From Candidatus Latescibacterota bacterium (GTDB lineage Bacteria > Latescibacterota > UBA2968): a stretch of DNA of 64,000 bases. How positions within the stretch are numbered: the stretch's first letter is position 1; every line of letters starts with the position of its first letter. The stretch spans positions 2,112,001 through 2,176,000 of the forward strand of contig OZ242311.1 in the NCBI GenBank assembly GCA_965207885.1. Reading direction: 5' to 3'. Shown here piece after piece: positions 61,729 through 64,000 of the stretch. Under the pieces are notes generated by a model. It saw only the letters and a list, made by a program, of their open reading frames with translations, did no database searches and was not told the DNA's origin. The position numbers and the translations under genes are program-made.

Positions 61729-62058
61729 ATGAACAATGAACGATCGCTTTTGCCACCAAAAATTTCATTTTTTGAAAAACGATTGACAATAATTCTTGCT
61801 CGAGATGACGCGATGGTATGCGCTTTCTGTCCCGAATTGGATTTGGTGACTGAAATGGCAACACCTGATGAAGCTCTGGAAGATATGCTGGAAGCCATGC
61901 AGGATTATGCTGAGGAATATTTGGAGGACTTAGAAATTTATGAAAACAGTCCTAATCGCGCCCATCATTTGCCTTATATCCAGGCGATTGCATCATGTAA
62001 CGATGCGTGGGATATTCGCATGCTAATTGAAATTCAACATGGCCGTGTACAGGTTTGA
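61729..62058 (+). CDS. HicB-like antitoxin (second copy)
   Basis: Differs from 55507-55836 by a few residues. Confidence 0.7.
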   Translation: MNNERSLLPPKISFFEKRLTIILARDDAMVCAFCPELDLVTEMATPDEALEDMLEAMQDYAEEYLEDLEIYENSPNRAHHLPYIQAIASCNDAWDIRMLIEIQHGRVQV

Positions 62059-62263
62059 CCAATTTCGCAAAGTGTTGCGCGTTTTGGGATTCGCAAAAAT
62101 TCGATCTCGGAAACACGAGACTTGGCGCAAAGTGCTCGTAAACGGAACGATCTTGCGCGTCCGCATTAGCCACAAACATGGACGAGATATTCCGCGGTGG
62201 CTATTTTATGAAATGCTGCGGCAGGCGGGAATTAATGAAAAGAAATTTCGAGAATTGATGTAG
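62039..62263 (+). CDS. HicA-like toxin (second copy)
   Basis: Differs from 55817-56041 by one residue (I/V). Confidence 0.75.
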   Translation: MAVYRFDQFRKVLRVLGFAKIRSRKHETWRKVLVNGTILRVRISHKHGRDIPRWLFYEMLRQAGINEKKFRELM

Positions 62264-62298
62264 AATGGCTCCTCTTAAACAATCCAAGCCCCAGAGAA

Positions 62299-62517
62299 CT
62301 GCACCACTATCTATAAACTGACGCTTCCATTTGGACAGACTCACCGGATGCACATCGTAAACACGAGCGATTTCTGCATCCTCTTTGTCCGAAGTCAGTG
62401 CTTCTAACACGACCTATAATTTGAGTTCAGCGAAATAGGATTTCTTGGTTTTCTTCGACATGGTATTTCCTCCTGTTAGGTGAGAAAATACCACGCTGAT
62501 ACCTAATGTCACAGCCT
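62299..62517 (-). pseudogene. Transposase HTH (IS3 OrfA-like) fragment with left end
   Basis: AGGAGG RBS, then MSKKTKKSYFAELKL*VVLEAL..IARVYDVHPVSLSKWKRQF; in-frame stop; truncated at the hicBA repeat. Confidence 0.7.
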
Positions 62518-62907
62518 TTATACCGGTTCAACATTGGGCTCTTCAAAATTTTGTCTCCTAAGCTCCGTATAACTAACAGGTTTTTGGATAGCCTCAGCGC
62601 ACTCTTTAGCTTCTTTACGAGAAGTAAATTTCTTAACTAAATAATTATGAATATGAAAAGGAGAAAATCTTAACCGACGATCAACTTCTACTTCTACTTC
62701 TACTATATGATCTTCTGGTGGATCTTTAAATCCATATATTGTAATTTTACATTTGTCGGCTAAAGCATCCCTATTAGGCCAATCATCGTCTATCGGTAAG
62801 GGATGAGAAAGCGCACAGTAACGAAGTCTCCGAACTTGTGCCTTTTTCTGATCAAATGTAAATCTACGTCTATTCCTACGAGAATAAGAACTTCTTCTTC
62901 TAGCCAT
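62518..62907 (-). CDS. Hypothetical basic protein, low GC
   Basis: AAGGGGG RBS; MARRRSSYSRRNRRR N-terminus; 129 aa. Confidence 0.55.
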   Translation of the reverse strand: MARRRSSYSRRNRRRFTFDQKKAQVRRLRYCALSHPLPIDDDWPNRDALADKCKITIYGFKDPPEDHIVEVEVEVDRRLRFSPFHIHNYLVKKFTSRKEAKECAEAIQKPVSYTELRRQNFEEPNVEPV

Positions 62908-62983
62908 GAGAGAACCCCCCTTTTCAAATCTTATGTCGTCAATCAATCTGCACATTTTCACGGTTGAATTTGCTGTCTCCCAT

Positions 62984-63292
62984 TTACATTGGAGCCTCTA
63001 ATATTTCAACTAAAATCAGCACAATACCCTCGTTCGGAATAGAGGGTGAAGTTTTGCGAGGATGGCGTCGAGTTCGCGGTGGTCGGTCGTCTTCATCCAT
63101 TTTTGTGCTGCCAGGCGCGTGCATGCCGCTTGTTTTGAAGATGCCTCGGCGAATGAGTACTTCTTTAACCAGGCGGAGACCGAGGATCTGGATCAGGTTG
63201 GTGAGTGGAAGAAGTTGATCGAAAAGGTCGCGTGCTTTGTCTTCATCACCTGCTTGAAAGGCATTCCAGATATCGACGTGAATATCGACAAC
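62984..63292 (-). pseudogene. C-terminal fragment of a DapA-family gene
   Basis: IWNAFQAGDEDKARDLF..LLPL..KEVLIRRGI resembles the C-terminus of 57359-58279; 5'-truncated; frameshift from a GACC duplication near 63085. Confidence 0.7.
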
Positions 63293-63296
63293 CGGA

Positions 63297-63339
63297 GCGC
63301 CGGGCGGTGGGGGCAAGTTGGCTTCGCCAGCAGACTAAA
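63297..63339 (+). repeat. Right copy of the cinA 3'-end direct repeat
   Basis: 24-nt exact match GGGCAAGTTGGCTTCGCCAGCAGA (63311-63334 = 53411-53434) plus a 13-nt exact block upstream. Confidence 0.85.
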
Positions 63340-64000
63340 TGAAAGAACCTCGTTTAAGAGCTGCCTGTGGGTCATACCACACAGCATTCACAAAATTCTG
63401 TATTTCTTGCACGAATTTCCAAACTGTTTCGGCGTCTATCGGGAATTGTTCATGTTGGTGTTTTACTTCGTCATAATTTCCTCTTTTCCCATACGGAAGT
63501 CTCTTTGTTTTTCGCAGCAAAAAAACGTTATCAATCTCGGTCAGTCTGCAATCTTCAGGCTCCATATCTAAATATTCCACCAAAGCGTAATATTTCGCAA
63601 TAGGACACCCTTGTTTCAATCGGGCGGCTGTACCTGCACACTCTTGAAACATGGTTTTATCATAATTCACTTTGATCTCGGCCGAAAGCACAGCCAGATA
63701 AAAGCTACCAGAAGTCGTGCGTTCTGACTCAAAACCTGTACTTGGCGAAAATCTATAATGAATCGTTTTGCCAAACGCGAAGTCTTGATCTTTATGCTTT
63801 ATAACCACTTGGGGCTTTCCCTCCAAATCATTTACATTTGGAGGAGCAAAAGATAAAGACATAAATGCTGTATGCGGCCCAACTTCCAAGTCATACACAG
63901 GCAATCCGTGTAGGATCGAAGGATCTATGACATGGATGAAAAATTCTTCCAGTACTGAATTGTCGAGTTTTAATTGTCCTTTTTGTCTTTTTATAAATTC
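63335..64000 (-). CDS. Bpu10I-family type II restriction endonuclease subunit (5' end off the window)
   Basis: Frame is open to the window edge (RQKGQLKLDNSVLEEF); KDQDFA, AEIKVNYDKTMFQE, EYLDM; low GC. Confidence 0.8.
   Translation of the reverse strand, partial: EFIKRQKGQLKLDNSVLEEFFIHVIDPSILHGLPVYDLEVGPHTAFMSLSFAPPNVNDLEGKPQVVIKHKDQDFAFGKTIHYRFSPSTGFESERTTSGSFYLAVLSAEIKVNYDKTMFQECAGTAARLKQGCPIAKYYALVEYLDMEPEDCRLTEIDNVFLLRKTKRLPYGKRGNYDEVKHQHEQFPIDAETVWKFVQEIQNFVNAVWYDPQAALKRGSFI

Larger units (their letters stand above)
61716..62298 (+). repeat. ~580-bp direct repeat, copy 2 (hicBA module)
   Basis: Counterpart of 55494-56076. Confidence 0.92.

Overview
Bacterial chromosomal window of about 50% GC. 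Dockerin/EF-hand-tailed NHL, FG-GAP and WD40 surface proteins and multiple enolase/DapA paralogs suggest a Latescibacterota/Gemmatimonadota-like or Poribacteria-like organism (inference only). Housekeeping core: yicC-gmk-rpoZ-coaBC-udg-dnaB-radA-kptA-diadenylate cyclase-GT87 on the minus strand, divergent from lepA-lepB-hemW-thrB-SLBB exporter-Wzz-metE-like; also tsaC, recD2, a cinA-like gene and purM. Accessory content: a circularly permuted ATP-grasp/alpha-E/transglutaminase locus, a complete IS4-family element with a 9-bp TSD, two tnpA-less IS200/IS605 tnpB elements, two near-identical hicB-hicA modules bracketing a catabolic cassette, and a Bpu10I-like restriction endonuclease at the right edge. 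Main observations: (1) the two tnpB elements have unrelated-looking TnpB proteins and different right ends but share a conserved multi-hairpin non-coding module, with a compensatory base-pair change, where tnpA would normally lie; (2) a 25-30 nt GCATGT-hairpin unit appears to be independently mobile; (3) a ~45-bp copy of the cinA 3' end recurs 9.9 kb downstream, bracketing an integrase-less island with nested hicBA direct repeats; (4) there is an unannotated small-RNA-like unit with promoter and terminator at ~47.9-48.1 kb. No rRNA, tRNA or CRISPR array was recognised. All calls come from reading the sequence; no database searches were run.
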